NCBI GenBank assembly: GCA_041690355.1
Contig: JAWLHK010000015.1
Span: 62,001-97,841, forward strand
From: a bacterium
GTDB lineage: Bacteria > J088 > JAWLBW01
DNA length: 35,841 bases
Direction of reading: 5' to 3'
How positions within the stretch are numbered: position 1 is the first letter of the stretch; each line of letters begins with the position of its first letter. Both the position numbers and the translations under genes were made by a program. The notes beneath the pieces were generated by a model. That model saw only the letters and a program-made list of their open reading frames with translations. It was not told where the DNA came from and did no database searches. This document shows, in pieces, positions 16,013 through 25,564 of this stretch.

Positions 16013-16498
16013 ATGCTGTCTCCCTGGCAACAGGCGCTCGCAGGCGGATTTCTCTGCGGAATCCGGACGGGAGCAGGGCTCTGGCTGGCCAGCCGCTACC
16101 GCGGGGCGCGCGCCGAACCGGGGCTGCTCGGATCGAGGTCTGCGCGGGCCGCGGCCACGACCGTGCTTGCGGGCGAGCTGTTCGTCGACAAGCTGCCGAT
16201 TCCCGATCGCACCAGGCTGCCGTCGCTGGCCGCGCGCATGGCCGGCGGCGCGCTCGTGGGCGGTGTCACGTGCGAGAAGCACGCGGCGGGGTTCGCGGCC
16301 CTCGGCTCGGGCGGGGCCCTGCTCGGCGCCTGGGCGGGCAACCGCTTCCGCCGGCGCTTCGGGCGCTCCAGGGCGGCGCCCGTGGCCGGCGTACTTGAGG
16401 ACCTTGCCCTCTTCGGCGGCATGGCGGCTCTGGTGCAAAGCCGCTTGCCCGGGCGCATTCCGCGTGTGAACCGTCTTACCGCTCGTGGCGATCGATGA
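16013..16498 (+). CDS. DUF4126-like membrane protein
   Basis: G...G.R, ELFVDKLP.P.R....L.AR...GAL, A..ED..A pattern; hydrophobic and Gly/Ala rich. Confidence 0.65.
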   Translation: MLSPWQQALAGGFLCGIRTGAGLWLASRYRGARAEPGLLGSRSARAAATTVLAGELFVDKLPIPDRTRLPSLAARMAGGALVGGVTCEKHAAGFAALGSGGALLGAWAGNRFRRRFGRSRAAPVAGVLEDLALFGGMAALVQSRLPGRIPRVNRLTARGDR

Positions 16499-16697
16499 GC
16501 GCCTGCACGGTGCCCGAAGCGACGAGACGGGCCCGGATGCGGGTCGAGTCTTCGATGCAGGACGGATCTGTGACGACCAGCCAGCGATCGCCGCGATCGG
16601 CTGGCGTGACGCTGCACCCGGGCACATCGCCGAGCATGCGGTGGAGATCGGCGCGCGAGCCGGGGCGGGCGTGAACGATGAAACTGCAGCGGGACAT
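16476..16697 (-). CDS. NapD-like chaperone (small ferredoxin-like fold)
   Basis: S.IVHARPG.......L...PG..V......R..VV resembles NapD; CAGGAG RBS. Confidence 0.55.
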   Translation of the reverse strand: MSRCSFIVHARPGSRADLHRMLGDVPGCSVTPADRGDRWLVVTDPSCIEDSTRIRARLVASGTVQALIDRHER

Positions 16698-16769
16698 GAT
16701 GGTCTTCTCCTGAATCGTGAAATCGGACTGGGCCGCATGGAGCGCGGGCCCGGTTACGCTGGAGCAAGG

Positions 16770-16786
16770 AGCGAAAGCCGTGCCGG
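16770..16786 (-). promoter_or_regulatory. Candidate sigma54 (-24/-12) promoter for the NapD-like gene
   Basis: Minus strand CCGGCACGGCTTTCGCT: GG-N10-GC, two mismatches to YTGGCACGRNNNTTGCW. Confidence 0.45.
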
Positions 16787-17074
16787 ACCCGTCGGCGCAG
16801 TCGATCAGGGCGCGGCGGGTCCTTTGCGCTGCGGCACCGCGCGGCAGAGCGCTGCAAAAACACGCAGACCGCGGCGCTCCTTCTATCCATTCCGGCCGTT
16901 TCGGCCGCGGCGGCGCGGCGGCGGCGTGCGCGCGTCCTTTTACATCGACCTGCCGGGCGTGTTACTCTTTTGGTTTCCTTCTCTTTACGAAACGCGTTGA
17001 GGAATGTAACGATGGGTTCTGACGTCGCAGGCGTAGTCGTGGCAGGTGAAGACCGATTCTGCAAAGGGCTCGAG

Positions 17075-19084
17075 ATGAAGTCGCCGCTGGCGGGAAACCC
17101 GCCGGGAAGGCCGCAGTTTGCCGTTCAGGTCCGGCGCCTCGACGGCGCGACGCTCGATGTCGCCTCGCCCCGGGCCACGCGCATCATGGTCGCCATGATG
17201 AACATGCACGCCGTTCTCGGCGGCGCGGCCGCGCACTGGGGGGGGCCTTCGGCGTTCGCAGAGATCATGTCGGCCATTCACGGCCTCATGTTCAGCAGCG
17301 CCGACTGGCGCGAAGCCTTCAACTTCGTCAATGACGCCGGGCACACCGAAAACGGCATCTATGCCCTGAAAGCCAACTACGGCTTCGCGGGGCTCACGCT
17401 CGAAGACCTCAAACATTTCCGCTCGATCAAGAGCAAGCTCACCGGCCACGGTGAAAGCCACCTCTTTCCCGAAGGGGTCATGGTCTCGAACGGCCCGCTC
17501 GGCTCTTCGATCTCCATCGCGCAGGGCGTCGCCATGGCCGACGCGCTTGCCCGCAAGGAGCGGGTCACCGTGTGCGCCATCAGCGACGGCGGCATGATGG
17601 AGGGTGAAGCCCGCGAGGCGGTCGCCGCCATCCCCGGCTTCGCGGCGCGGGGCATGGTGGCTCCGTTCGTGCTCGTCATCAGCGACAACAATACGAAGCT
17701 GTCGGGCCGTATCGACCAGGACGCCTTCAGCATGAATCCCAGCTTTGAAGCGCTCGACGCGCTCGGCTGGGAGGTGCTGCGCTGCCCGAACGGCAACGAG
17801 CTGCAGGAAGTCTTCACGGTCATCGAGACGGCCGTCGAGAGCGCCCGGCGCAACCCGAAGAAACCGGTCGCCGTCTGGGCGAAGACGATCAAGGGTATCG
17901 GCGTCGAAGCGACCGAGAAGAGCGCTTCGGGCGGTCACGGCTATCCGCTCTCGAAGGTCGATCAGCTGCGCGCGTTCGTCGAAGAGATCAACGGCGGTCC
18001 GCTCGAATCCCCGTTCCGCGAATGGCTCGAGCAGATGGAAGCCGAGGCGGCCGCCAAGGCCGCGAAGGCGTCGGCAGCCGCGCCCGCCGCGAAGCCCGCG
18101 GTCAAGAAGGACAAGATCCAGGCCGGCTTCGCGCGCGCCATGATCGCCGCGGCGAAGAAGGGGCTCCCCGTGGTGAGCGTGAGCGCCGACCTGCAGGGGT
18201 CGACGGGCGTCGCGCCGTTCCACAAGGAATTCCCCCAGCAGTCCTACGAGGTCGGGGTCGCCGAGGCCAACATGATTTCGGTGGGCGGCGGCTTTTCGAA
18301 GCAGGGCTATATCCCGGTCGTCGACACCTTCGCCCAGTTCGGCGTTACCAAGGGGGCGCTGCCGCTGTGCATGGCCACGCTGAGCCAGAGCCCGGTACTG
18401 GCCGTCTTCAGCCACATCGGTTTTCAGGATGCGGCCGACGGCGCTTCGCACCAGGCGCTCATGTACTATGCGATGTCGGGCGCCATTCCGCACGTCCAGG
18501 TCTATGCCCCCGCCTCGGCCGAAGAGGCCGAATGGGCGATGGGCGAGGCCATCGAGCGGTTCGCGGCAGACCGTAAGGCCGGCCGTACCCCCGACTCGGT
18601 ACTCTTTTTCTGCGGACGCGAAAATTTTCCCGTCAGCGTGAAGCCCGAGGGGGCGGCCTATGCCTGGGGCAAGGCCATGGTCGTCGCCGATACGACGGCC
18701 GGCAAGTCGAAGACGGCGGTCGTGAGCGCCAACGGGAGCATGGTTTCGGTGGCCCTGCGGGCCGTCGAGAAGCTGGCGGCCGAGGGGGTCGGCGTCGTCG
18801 TCCTCAACAACGCCATCGCCAACCGGCCCGACATCCAGGGGCACCGCGACGCGCTGGCCCGCGCGGGGGGGCGTCTCGTGACCGTCGAAGAGCATCAGCG
18901 CATCGGCGGCGCCGGCGCGACGCTCGTGACCGGACTCGTGATGGCCGGCGTCGCGCTTCAGGTCAAGGTGCTGGCGGTCGAGGGTGAATTCGGGCAGTCG
19001 GCCTATACCGCCGACGAACTGTACGACAAGCACGGAATCGGAGTCGAAGGGATCGCGGCGGCCGTTCGCGGGCTCGTCGGCTAG
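17075..19084 (+). CDS. tkt: Transketolase (single-chain, divergent)
   Basis: DAGH, GHGE, GPLGS, SDGGMMEG...DNN TPP motif, SADL..S, GVAEANM, DGASHQ, VEEH; start uncertain (ORF open from 16970). Confidence 0.85.
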   Translation: MKSPLAGNPPGRPQFAVQVRRLDGATLDVASPRATRIMVAMMNMHAVLGGAAAHWGGPSAFAEIMSAIHGLMFSSADWREAFNFVNDAGHTENGIYALKANYGFAGLTLEDLKHFRSIKSKLTGHGESHLFPEGVMVSNGPLGSSISIAQGVAMADALARKERVTVCAISDGGMMEGEAREAVAAIPGFAARGMVAPFVLVISDNNTKLSGRIDQDAFSMNPSFEALDALGWEVLRCPNGNELQEVFTVIETAVESARRNPKKPVAVWAKTIKGIGVEATEKSASGGHGYPLSKVDQLRAFVEEINGGPLESPFREWLEQMEAEAAAKAAKASAAAPAAKPAVKKDKIQAGFARAMIAAAKKGLPVVSVSADLQGSTGVAPFHKEFPQQSYEVGVAEANMISVGGGFSKQGYIPVVDTFAQFGVTKGALPLCMATLSQSPVLAVFSHIGFQDAADGASHQALMYYAMSGAIPHVQVYAPASAEEAEWAMGEAIERFAADRKAGRTPDSVLFFCGRENFPVSVKPEGAAYAWGKAMVVADTTAGKSKTAVVSANGSMVSVALRAVEKLAAEGVGVVVLNNAIANRPDIQGHRDALARAGGRLVTVEEHQRIGGAGATLVTGLVMAGVALQVKVLAVEGEFGQSAYTADELYDKHGIGVEGIAAAVRGLVG

Positions 19085-19200
19085 CGGGAAACGGAGCCGC
19101 CTGCCGCCGCCGACTTGCAACGGCGGCAGAGACGGTGTACAAAGAATACGAGAACGGTTACCCGGCAACCGGCTGATTTCTCACCATTTCTGTCTAAAGC

Positions 19201-19575
19201 ATGGTTCCTGGCTTCAACCACAATGTGATGCACAAAGGTCGGATGTTCCACATCCAGACCGAGGATTCGGGCCTCAAGAATCCGCACATCATCACGCATC
19301 TTTTCGTCGGGGGTAACATCCTCTCGACGAAGAAGACGTCGTACGCCGACATCCTGCACTCCGATCACCTCGAAGAGGTCGTTCGCGAGATCATGGAAGA
19401 GCAGCACAAGTCCATGCTGCGCGAGCTGAAGCGCGGCGTGTTCGATCCGCCCGAAGAGCGGGCGGCGGCTGCGGTGGGCGCTGCGGCCGAGCCGGTCGCG
19501 GCCTCGCTCAACAAGCTCGACGGCGACGTCAGCCTCGACGAGGTCATCCTCAATTACCTCGCCGAAGACGAGTAG
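19201..19575 (+). CDS. Conserved hypothetical protein
   Basis: GFNHNV..KG..FHIQTEDSG...P..ITHLF..G.I...K..Y and SLDEVIL.YL motifs, recalled from deltaproteobacterial proteins. Confidence 0.75.
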   Translation: MVPGFNHNVMHKGRMFHIQTEDSGLKNPHIITHLFVGGNILSTKKTSYADILHSDHLEEVVREIMEEQHKSMLRELKRGVFDPPEERAAAAVGAAAEPVAASLNKLDGDVSLDEVILNYLAEDE

Positions 19576-19657
19576 TCCGTTCCCCACCGGAGCGGACCGC
19601 TTGCCATGACCCCCTTACTCTGACCGGGCGGTTGCGTTGGTTCTGCGTCGAGCGTCC

Positions 19658-20320
19658 ATGATCGAGCTGTATCACGTGTCGATGGCCTATGGCCGCGAGA
19701 CGGCGCTCGACGACCTGAACGTCACGATCGAAAAAGGGGAATTTCTGTTTCTCACCGGCCCCAGCGGCGCCGGCAAGTCGTCGCTGCTGCGCCTGCTCGC
19801 CGGCCTCGAGCGCCTGAGCCGGGGGCAGATGTTCTTCAACGGCCGCTCGCTGTCGGACTATTCCACCCGCCAGTTTCTACGCTACCGGCAGAGCATCGGC
19901 TTTGTCTTTCAGGATTACAAGCTGCTGCCGACCCGCACCGTCGCCGAGAATGTCGCCTTTCCCCTCGAAGCGCGCGCCTACCGGCGCGAGGCCGTGCGCC
20001 GGCGCGTGGCCGCGCTGCTCGAATGGGTCGGCCTCGAGCACAAAGCCCGTCAGCTTCCCGAGCGGCTCTCGGGGGGTGAGCAGCAGCGCGTCGCGATAGC
20101 CCGCGCCCTGGCCGCCGATCCGGCGCTACTGCTGGCCGATGAGCCGACGGGAAACCTGGACGGCGAGCGGGCGCGCGAGACGATGCGACTCTTCGACGAC
20201 GCCCACGCCCGCGGCGTCACGGTGCTCGTCGCCACGCACGACCTGGCGCTCGTCGAGCGGTACAGCCGCCGCGTGCTCCAAATCGAAGCGGGACGCATCG
20301 TCGCGGGGGCGACGTCGTGA
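19658..20320 (+). CDS. ftsE: Cell division ATP-binding protein FtsE
   Basis: GPSGAGKS, VFQDYKLL, LSGGEQQRVAIARA, ADEPTGNLD; context. Confidence 0.92.
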   Translation: MIELYHVSMAYGRETALDDLNVTIEKGEFLFLTGPSGAGKSSLLRLLAGLERLSRGQMFFNGRSLSDYSTRQFLRYRQSIGFVFQDYKLLPTRTVAENVAFPLEARAYRREAVRRRVAALLEWVGLEHKARQLPERLSGGEQQRVAIARALAADPALLLADEPTGNLDGERARETMRLFDDAHARGVTVLVATHDLALVERYSRRVLQIEAGRIVAGATS

Positions 20321-21177
20321 ACCGGTACGTCTTCGACAACCTCATGCGCAACCTGCGATCGGGCTGGCGCATGTACGTGCTCGGCATCGTCATTGCCTCG
20401 ATCGCCTTCGGGTTGAGCGGCGCGTTCTTTCTCGTGCACCGCAATCTGGCGCTCACGACGCAGTTGTGGGCGTCTTCGGTGCCGGTAACCGTCATGCTCG
20501 ACCCGGCGCTGCCGCAGGTGCAGGTGCAGGCGCTGATAAGGCGCGCGCAGGCCGAAGGGGCCGTGCGGGTCGATCTGGTGACCCCCGAGCAGGGGCGCCG
20601 GCGCCTCGAAGCCGCGCTCGGGACCCGGGATCTGCTGAGCGGTTTCCGCGAAAACCCGATTCCGCCCATGCTCGAGCTCGCCTATGCCGAGCCGCCGCCG
20701 CCCGAACGTCTGGCGGCCATGCTGCGCTGGCCCGGCGTGACCGAGGTTGACGACGCCAGTCAGTGGAGTTCCCGCTTTCACCGCCTGCGGCGCGCGGTCG
20801 ACCGTGTCGGGGCCGGCCTGCTCCTTCTTCTGCTCCTGGCCGCCGTCGGCTCGGTGGGTCTGACCGTGCGCCTGGTCGCCGCCAGCCACGCCGCCGAGAG
20901 CGAAATCCAGCGCCTGGTGGGCGCCTCGGAGGCCTTCGTCCGCGCGCCGTACCTGCTGTCGGGCGGCTGGATCGGCCTGGCGGGCATCGGCGTGAGCCTT
21001 GCCGGGCTGGCGGGCGGCTTCCGGCTGATCCCCCGGCCCCGGCCGGGCGAATGGCCGGTTCCCGTGCACGAACTGGTCTTTTTCAGCGGCGTGGAAGCCG
21101 GCGTGCTGCTCGCCGCCGGTTTCTGTGTCGGCGTCGCCGGCGCATGGCTGGGCCTGTCCCGCAGGGGGCCCGCGTGA
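20317..21177 (+). CDS. ftsX: Cell division permease FtsX
   Basis: TM1, periplasmic ENP.P motif, EI..LVGA...FVR.P.L..G; overlaps ftsE. Confidence 0.88.
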   Translation: MNRYVFDNLMRNLRSGWRMYVLGIVIASIAFGLSGAFFLVHRNLALTTQLWASSVPVTVMLDPALPQVQVQALIRRAQAEGAVRVDLVTPEQGRRRLEAALGTRDLLSGFRENPIPPMLELAYAEPPPPERLAAMLRWPGVTEVDDASQWSSRFHRLRRAVDRVGAGLLLLLLLAAVGSVGLTVRLVAASHAAESEIQRLVGASEAFVRAPYLLSGGWIGLAGIGVSLAGLAGGFRLIPRPRPGEWPVPVHELVFFSGVEAGVLLAAGFCVGVAGAWLGLSRRGPA

Positions 21178-22271
21178 ACGCGCTTCTCCTGTTTCTACTC
21201 GTCAGCGGGGCTTCGGTGCCTGCGACGGCGGAGACGCTGCGGCGCGAGGTGCTCGAAGTCACTCGCCGCCTGGAGATCGAACAGGCCGAGGTCGGTCATG
21301 TCGCCGAGAACCTGCGCCGCCTTGCCGTCGACAAGGCCGCGGCAGAGAAGAATCTTTCGCGCCTGCGCCTGCAGCAGGCCGATCTGGAACTGCATCTGCG
21401 CACGCTCGAGGTGCGCGAGCAGGGCCTGGCCGAAGAGTGGGACGGGCTGCTGGTGCAGGCGGCGCGCCGCATGCGGCTGCTCTCGCGGCGCGCCGGCGCG
21501 GGCTCGGCCGAGGTGCTCCTGTCGTCGGAGGGCCCGTCGGATTTTGTCTACCGGTACCACGCCCTGCGCTTCATTTCCACCGCCGATCGGGCCCTGCTCG
21601 AGGAGTTGCAGACGCGGCAGGATCTGATGGCCGCCGCGCGCGCCGAGATGGAGCGCCGTAAGGCCGAGGTCGAACGCCTGCAGGCCGACGCGCAGGCCGA
21701 GGTGCGGCGCCTCGCGGCGCTCGAACAGCTGCGGCGCACGCAGGCGGCCCGTCTGCACGAGCGGGTGGGTGAGCGGCGAGCGTGGATCGAGTCGATGCGC
21801 GACTCGGCGGCGGCCATGGGAGTGCTGCTCGAGTCGATGGCGACCGGCGCCGCCGCCCGCCCCCTCGACAGCGTGCGCGAGCCGGTGGCGGGGCTGCGCA
21901 CGGTGAACTTCGGCGATCCCGATCCGGTGGCGGGCGCCGTGCTCACGAGCCGCGGCTGGCGCTACCAGGCCCCGGCGGGTACGGCCGTGTATGCGGTGGC
22001 CCCCGGTACCGTGACCTATGCCGACTGGTTCCAGGGCTACGGCTTTCTGGTGCTGGTCGACCACGGCGGCGGCGTTGTGACGCTCTACGCGCATCTCGAC
22101 CGCATCGACACGGCGGTCGGCGAAGCGGTCGACGGCGCGACCCTGCTGGGAACGGCGGGAACCAGCGGCAGCGTCTTCGAGCCCGGCATGTATTTCGAAG
22201 TGCGCCGGCAGGGCAAGCCCATTGATCCGGGCGCGTGGCTGCGCGCCGTTGCGGCCCGCCTGCTTCCGTAG
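21174..22271 (+). CDS. envC: Murein hydrolase activator EnvC family (coiled coil + degenerate M23)
   Basis: GTG overlapping the ftsX stop, long coiled coil, YADWFQGYG..V.VDHG....TLYAHL, YFEVR..G..IDP..WL. Confidence 0.85.
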   Translation: MNALLLFLLVSGASVPATAETLRREVLEVTRRLEIEQAEVGHVAENLRRLAVDKAAAEKNLSRLRLQQADLELHLRTLEVREQGLAEEWDGLLVQAARRMRLLSRRAGAGSAEVLLSSEGPSDFVYRYHALRFISTADRALLEELQTRQDLMAAARAEMERRKAEVERLQADAQAEVRRLAALEQLRRTQAARLHERVGERRAWIESMRDSAAAMGVLLESMATGAAARPLDSVREPVAGLRTVNFGDPDPVAGAVLTSRGWRYQAPAGTAVYAVAPGTVTYADWFQGYGFLVLVDHGGGVVTLYAHLDRIDTAVGEAVDGATLLGTAGTSGSVFEPGMYFEVRRQGKPIDPGAWLRAVAARLLP

Positions 22272-22370
22272 GTCGCCCCCGGGCTCGGCCCCGGCCGATG
22301 CGCGGGGGTGAATCCGTGCCGAACTCGCGGGGGGCGTCCGGTGGAACTCCGTCGTTTGGCCGCTAACCCA

Positions 22371-22399
22371 TTGAATAGACGAGAAGATTGCGATATCAT
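22371..22399 (+). promoter_or_regulatory. Candidate sigma70 promoter for ctpA
   Basis: TTGAAT-17-TATCAT. Confidence 0.5.
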
Positions 22400-22431
22400 C
22401 ATCGGTCATGACCGACAACGCGAGAGGTAAC

Positions 22432-23772
22432 ATGCGTGGGGAGAAACGGATCCGGTTTCCGGGTCGTCTGGCGGCGGGGCTTGTCATCGGTATCGTCCTC
22501 GGGACCCTGTTCGGCTCGGGGCTTGCCGCCCTCGCGCAGAACACGTATGCGAAGCTCGACGTTTTCAGCGACGTGCTCTCGACGATACAGAACGTCTACG
22601 TCGACGAAACCGACCCCGACGAGCTCGTCTACGGCGCCATCCGCGGCATGCTGACGACGCTCGACCCGCACTCCTCGTTCATGGACCCCGACGAGTATCG
22701 CGAGCTTCAAGTCGACACGAGCGGCCAGTTCGGCGGCGTCGGCATCGAGATCAGCTTCAAGGACGGCGTGCTCACGATCGTCTCGCCCATCGAAGATACG
22801 CCCGCCAGCCGCGCCGGCTTGCTCGCCGACGACCGTATCGTCGCCATCGACGGCGACGAGACGCAGGAAATGAGCCTGCTCGACGCCGTCAAGCGCATGC
22901 GGGGACCCCGCGGATCGAGCGTGAAGATTTCGGTCCTGCGCAAAGGCTGGACCGAGCCGAAAGACTTCGTGCTCAAGCGCGAAATCATCAGCTTCAAGAG
23001 CGTCCGCAGCAAGGCCTACGACGGCGGCGAGATCGGCTACGTCCGCCTCACGCAGTTTCAGGAGCGCAGCGGCGCCGATCTGGCGAAGGCGCTGAAAGAG
23101 CTCGAGAAGAAGCCGCTGAAGGGGCTCATCCTCGACATGCGGAACAATCCGGGCGGCCTGCTCGACCAGGCCATCGAGATCAGCGACCTGTTTCTCGACG
23201 ACGGTCTCATCGTCTACACGAAGGGGCGGCTGCCGAATTCGCGCCAGGAGTTCCGGGCCACGAAGGGGGCCGAGCAGCGTCACTATCCCATCGTGGTGCT
23301 CATGAACGGCGGCTCGGCCAGCGCGAGCGAAATCGTCGCCGGGGCCCTGCAGGATCACAAACGGGCCGTCATCATGGGGGTCACATCGTTCGGCAAGGGG
23401 AGCGTACAGACGATCATCCCGCTGCGCGACGACTCGGCCATGCGCATCACGACGGCCAAGTACTATACGCCCAGCGGCCGTTCGATTCAGGCCACCGGCA
23501 TCCATCCCGACATCGAAGTGCAGCAGAGCCTCGTGGGCGAACTCGCCGAACAGGGGGCGCGCGTGCGCGAAAAGGATCTCGACCGCCACTTCGAGCCCGA
23601 GGCCGGCCAGAAGGCGCCGCAGGACGCCGCCGCCGGCGCAAAGCGCAAGCTCAGCGACGACGAGAAGGATTACCAGCTCCAGCGCGCCCTCGACCTGATT
23701 CGCGGCTACGGCATCTTCACGCGCGTTGCCGCCCCGGGTGCGGCCCCCACGGAAGTGTCCGTACAGAAGTAA
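22432..23772 (+). CDS. ctpA: Carboxy-terminal processing protease, S41 family
   Basis: LDPHS, PDZ GGVGIE, LDMRNNPGGLL, GSASASEIV, TSFGKGSVQ, TTAKYYTPSG; GAGG RBS before ATG 22432. Confidence 0.95.
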   Translation: MRGEKRIRFPGRLAAGLVIGIVLGTLFGSGLAALAQNTYAKLDVFSDVLSTIQNVYVDETDPDELVYGAIRGMLTTLDPHSSFMDPDEYRELQVDTSGQFGGVGIEISFKDGVLTIVSPIEDTPASRAGLLADDRIVAIDGDETQEMSLLDAVKRMRGPRGSSVKISVLRKGWTEPKDFVLKREIISFKSVRSKAYDGGEIGYVRLTQFQERSGADLAKALKELEKKPLKGLILDMRNNPGGLLDQAIEISDLFLDDGLIVYTKGRLPNSRQEFRATKGAEQRHYPIVVLMNGGSASASEIVAGALQDHKRAVIMGVTSFGKGSVQTIIPLRDDSAMRITTAKYYTPSGRSIQATGIHPDIEVQQSLVGELAEQGARVREKDLDRHFEPEAGQKAPQDAAAGAKRKLSDDEKDYQLQRALDLIRGYGIFTRVAAPGAAPTEVSVQK

Positions 23773-23781
23773 CGGCTGACC

Positions 23782-24891
23782 GTGCTGGAACTCGGGGGGA
23801 ATCGGAAAGGGCGGTGGATCATCACCGCCCTTTTTTTCGGATTGCTCGCAGCCTGCGAGCGGCAGGCGCCCCTGCCTGCGCGGGCGACGGCGCCGTCCCC
23901 CGCCGCCGTAACGACCGGGGCCGAAGCCCCGCGGCCCGCAACAGCTGCGTCGGCGGCAGAACCCGTGGCGGATTTCCCAGGGCCCCCGGTGCCGCGCGCG
24001 AGCAGAGAAGCCCGCACGCGCCCCGATGCCGGAGCCATTCTCCCTTACTTCGCCCGCCCGGGTTCGGACGGCGGCTGGCATTTTCCGACCCCCTATCACT
24101 ATCAGGAATGGCGACTGGCGGCCGGACTGCGCCGTGAGCGCCCGAAGGAGTGGCCCGATGCCGGTGGCCATCCGGTTCCCCTGTCGATCGACCCGGTCAC
24201 CGCGCCGGTCGTCGTCATTCTCATCGACGACCTGGGCAATGCGGGCTGGGCCCTGCGCCGCCTCGCGCAGCTGCCGTATCCGGTCAACGGTGCGATTCTG
24301 CCCCATACCCCTCTCGTGAAGCGGGCGGCAAAGGCCGTGGCCGTTACGGGGGGCGACGTCCTGCTGCACCTGCCGCTCGAGCCCATCGGGTTTCCGCAGG
24401 ACGACCCGGGGGCCGGCGCGCTCTTCGTGACGATGCCGACCGCGGCGCGCGCGGCGCGCTTCGCCGCTGCCTGGCGCGACGTGCCGGGCGCCCTGGGACT
24501 CAACAATCACATGGGATCGCGCTTTACCGCCGACGGCGAGGCCATGGGCTGGCTCGCGGGGGCCGTCGCCGGGCGGGGGGCGCTCTTCGTCGACAGCCGC
24601 ACGGTGCCCCGTTCCCAGGCGCAGGGGCGCATGCTGCTGCACGGCGTTCCCGCGTTGGGACGCACGCACTTTCTCGACGAGACGGCCACCGACGAAGCGG
24701 TCTCGGCGCGCCTGCGCGAAGCCGTCGCCCATGCGCGGCGGCACGGGGCGGCGCTGGCCATCGGCCACCCCAACCGGGCCACGGTCAGGGTGCTCGAACA
24801 GGCGCCCGACCTGTTCCGGGCTGCGGGGGTGCGCGCGGTGCCGCTGCGGGCGCTGTTTCTCTCTCCGCCGCGAAAAACCCAGTCACAATAA
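23782..24891 (+). CDS. Divergent polysaccharide deacetylase (YibQ family), probable lipoprotein
   Basis: LIDDLG, LHLPLEP, NNHMGSRFT, FVDSRT, FLD, AIGHP; lipobox LAAC. Confidence 0.9.
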   Translation: MLELGGNRKGRWIITALFFGLLAACERQAPLPARATAPSPAAVTTGAEAPRPATAASAAEPVADFPGPPVPRASREARTRPDAGAILPYFARPGSDGGWHFPTPYHYQEWRLAAGLRRERPKEWPDAGGHPVPLSIDPVTAPVVVILIDDLGNAGWALRRLAQLPYPVNGAILPHTPLVKRAAKAVAVTGGDVLLHLPLEPIGFPQDDPGAGALFVTMPTAARAARFAAAWRDVPGALGLNNHMGSRFTADGEAMGWLAGAVAGRGALFVDSRTVPRSQAQGRMLLHGVPALGRTHFLDETATDEAVSARLREAVAHARRHGAALAIGHPNRATVRVLEQAPDLFRAAGVRAVPLRALFLSPPRKTQSQ

Positions 24892-25065
24892 CTCCTTATC
24901 GTCGCCATTGGGTCGCATGGACGCCGGGGTAGTCGTTTGCACCCCGTCTTGCCGAAGCGGCTACAACTTTTCTGTTGACGAGATTTTGTAAGCCGTGATA
25001 TACCTTTTTCCAAGCAGAGCCCTTGTCCCTCTGCCTTGCACGTGAACGAAAAGGAGATTTGATCC

Positions 25066-25290
25066 ATGTACAACGGGAAAGTGCGCTGGTTCGACGAGAA
25101 GAAAGGCTTCGGCTTCATCGCGCGGGAAAACGCCCGCGACGTCTTCGTCCACTACTCGGCCATCCAGGAAAAAGGCTTCCGCACCCTGCACGAGGGTCAG
25201 CCGGTCACCTTTGATATCGCCGAAGGTCCCCATGGCGTGCACGCCATCAACGTCATGAAAGAAGCGATGGACGAGTTGAACATCAGCTGA
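25066..25290 (+). CDS. Cold-shock protein
   Basis: GKVRWF..KKGFGFI (RNP1), DVFVHYSAI (RNP2); AAGGAG RBS. Confidence 0.95.
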   Translation: MYNGKVRWFDEKKGFGFIARENARDVFVHYSAIQEKGFRTLHEGQPVTFDIAEGPHGVHAINVMKEAMDELNIS

Positions 25291-25422
25291 CCAATCCGTT
25301 TTCGTGTGAAAGGAGGGGAGCGGCAACCCCGAACGTCCGCCTGGATCCTCCCCAAGGGCTGCTCCTCCCGAGGCTTGGGTCCCCGGCGTCGGCCGCTACC
25401 TTGCGGTTTCCCCTCCGTTCTT

Positions 25423-25451
25423 GAAAAAGCCCGCCTCCGGCGGGCTTTTTC
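25423..25451 (+). terminator. Bidirectional Rho-independent terminator
   Basis: GAAAAAGCCCGCC-TCC-GGCGGGCTTTTTC. Confidence 0.9.
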
Positions 25452-25564
25452 TTCATCCGGTGGATTCCCCGGGCGGGGCCGGGCAAGCCGCTGCGGCCGA
25501 CGGCCCGCGTGCGGTACAATGCAGGATTACTCTGCAGGTCTGATTCGTACCGTTTGCCGTAACC

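Noticed and set aside
15826..16398. 190-aa ORF spanning the 27-bp duplication
   Set aside because: Arg/Ala-rich off-frame translation overlapping the DUF4126-like gene
20763..21173. N-terminal extension of the envC ORF
   Set aside because: Overlaps ftsX; GTG 21174 gives a signal peptide and a GTGA coupling
21900..22271. Missing HxxxD zinc motif in the M23 domain as a novelty
   Set aside because: Degenerate active sites are the established norm for EnvC
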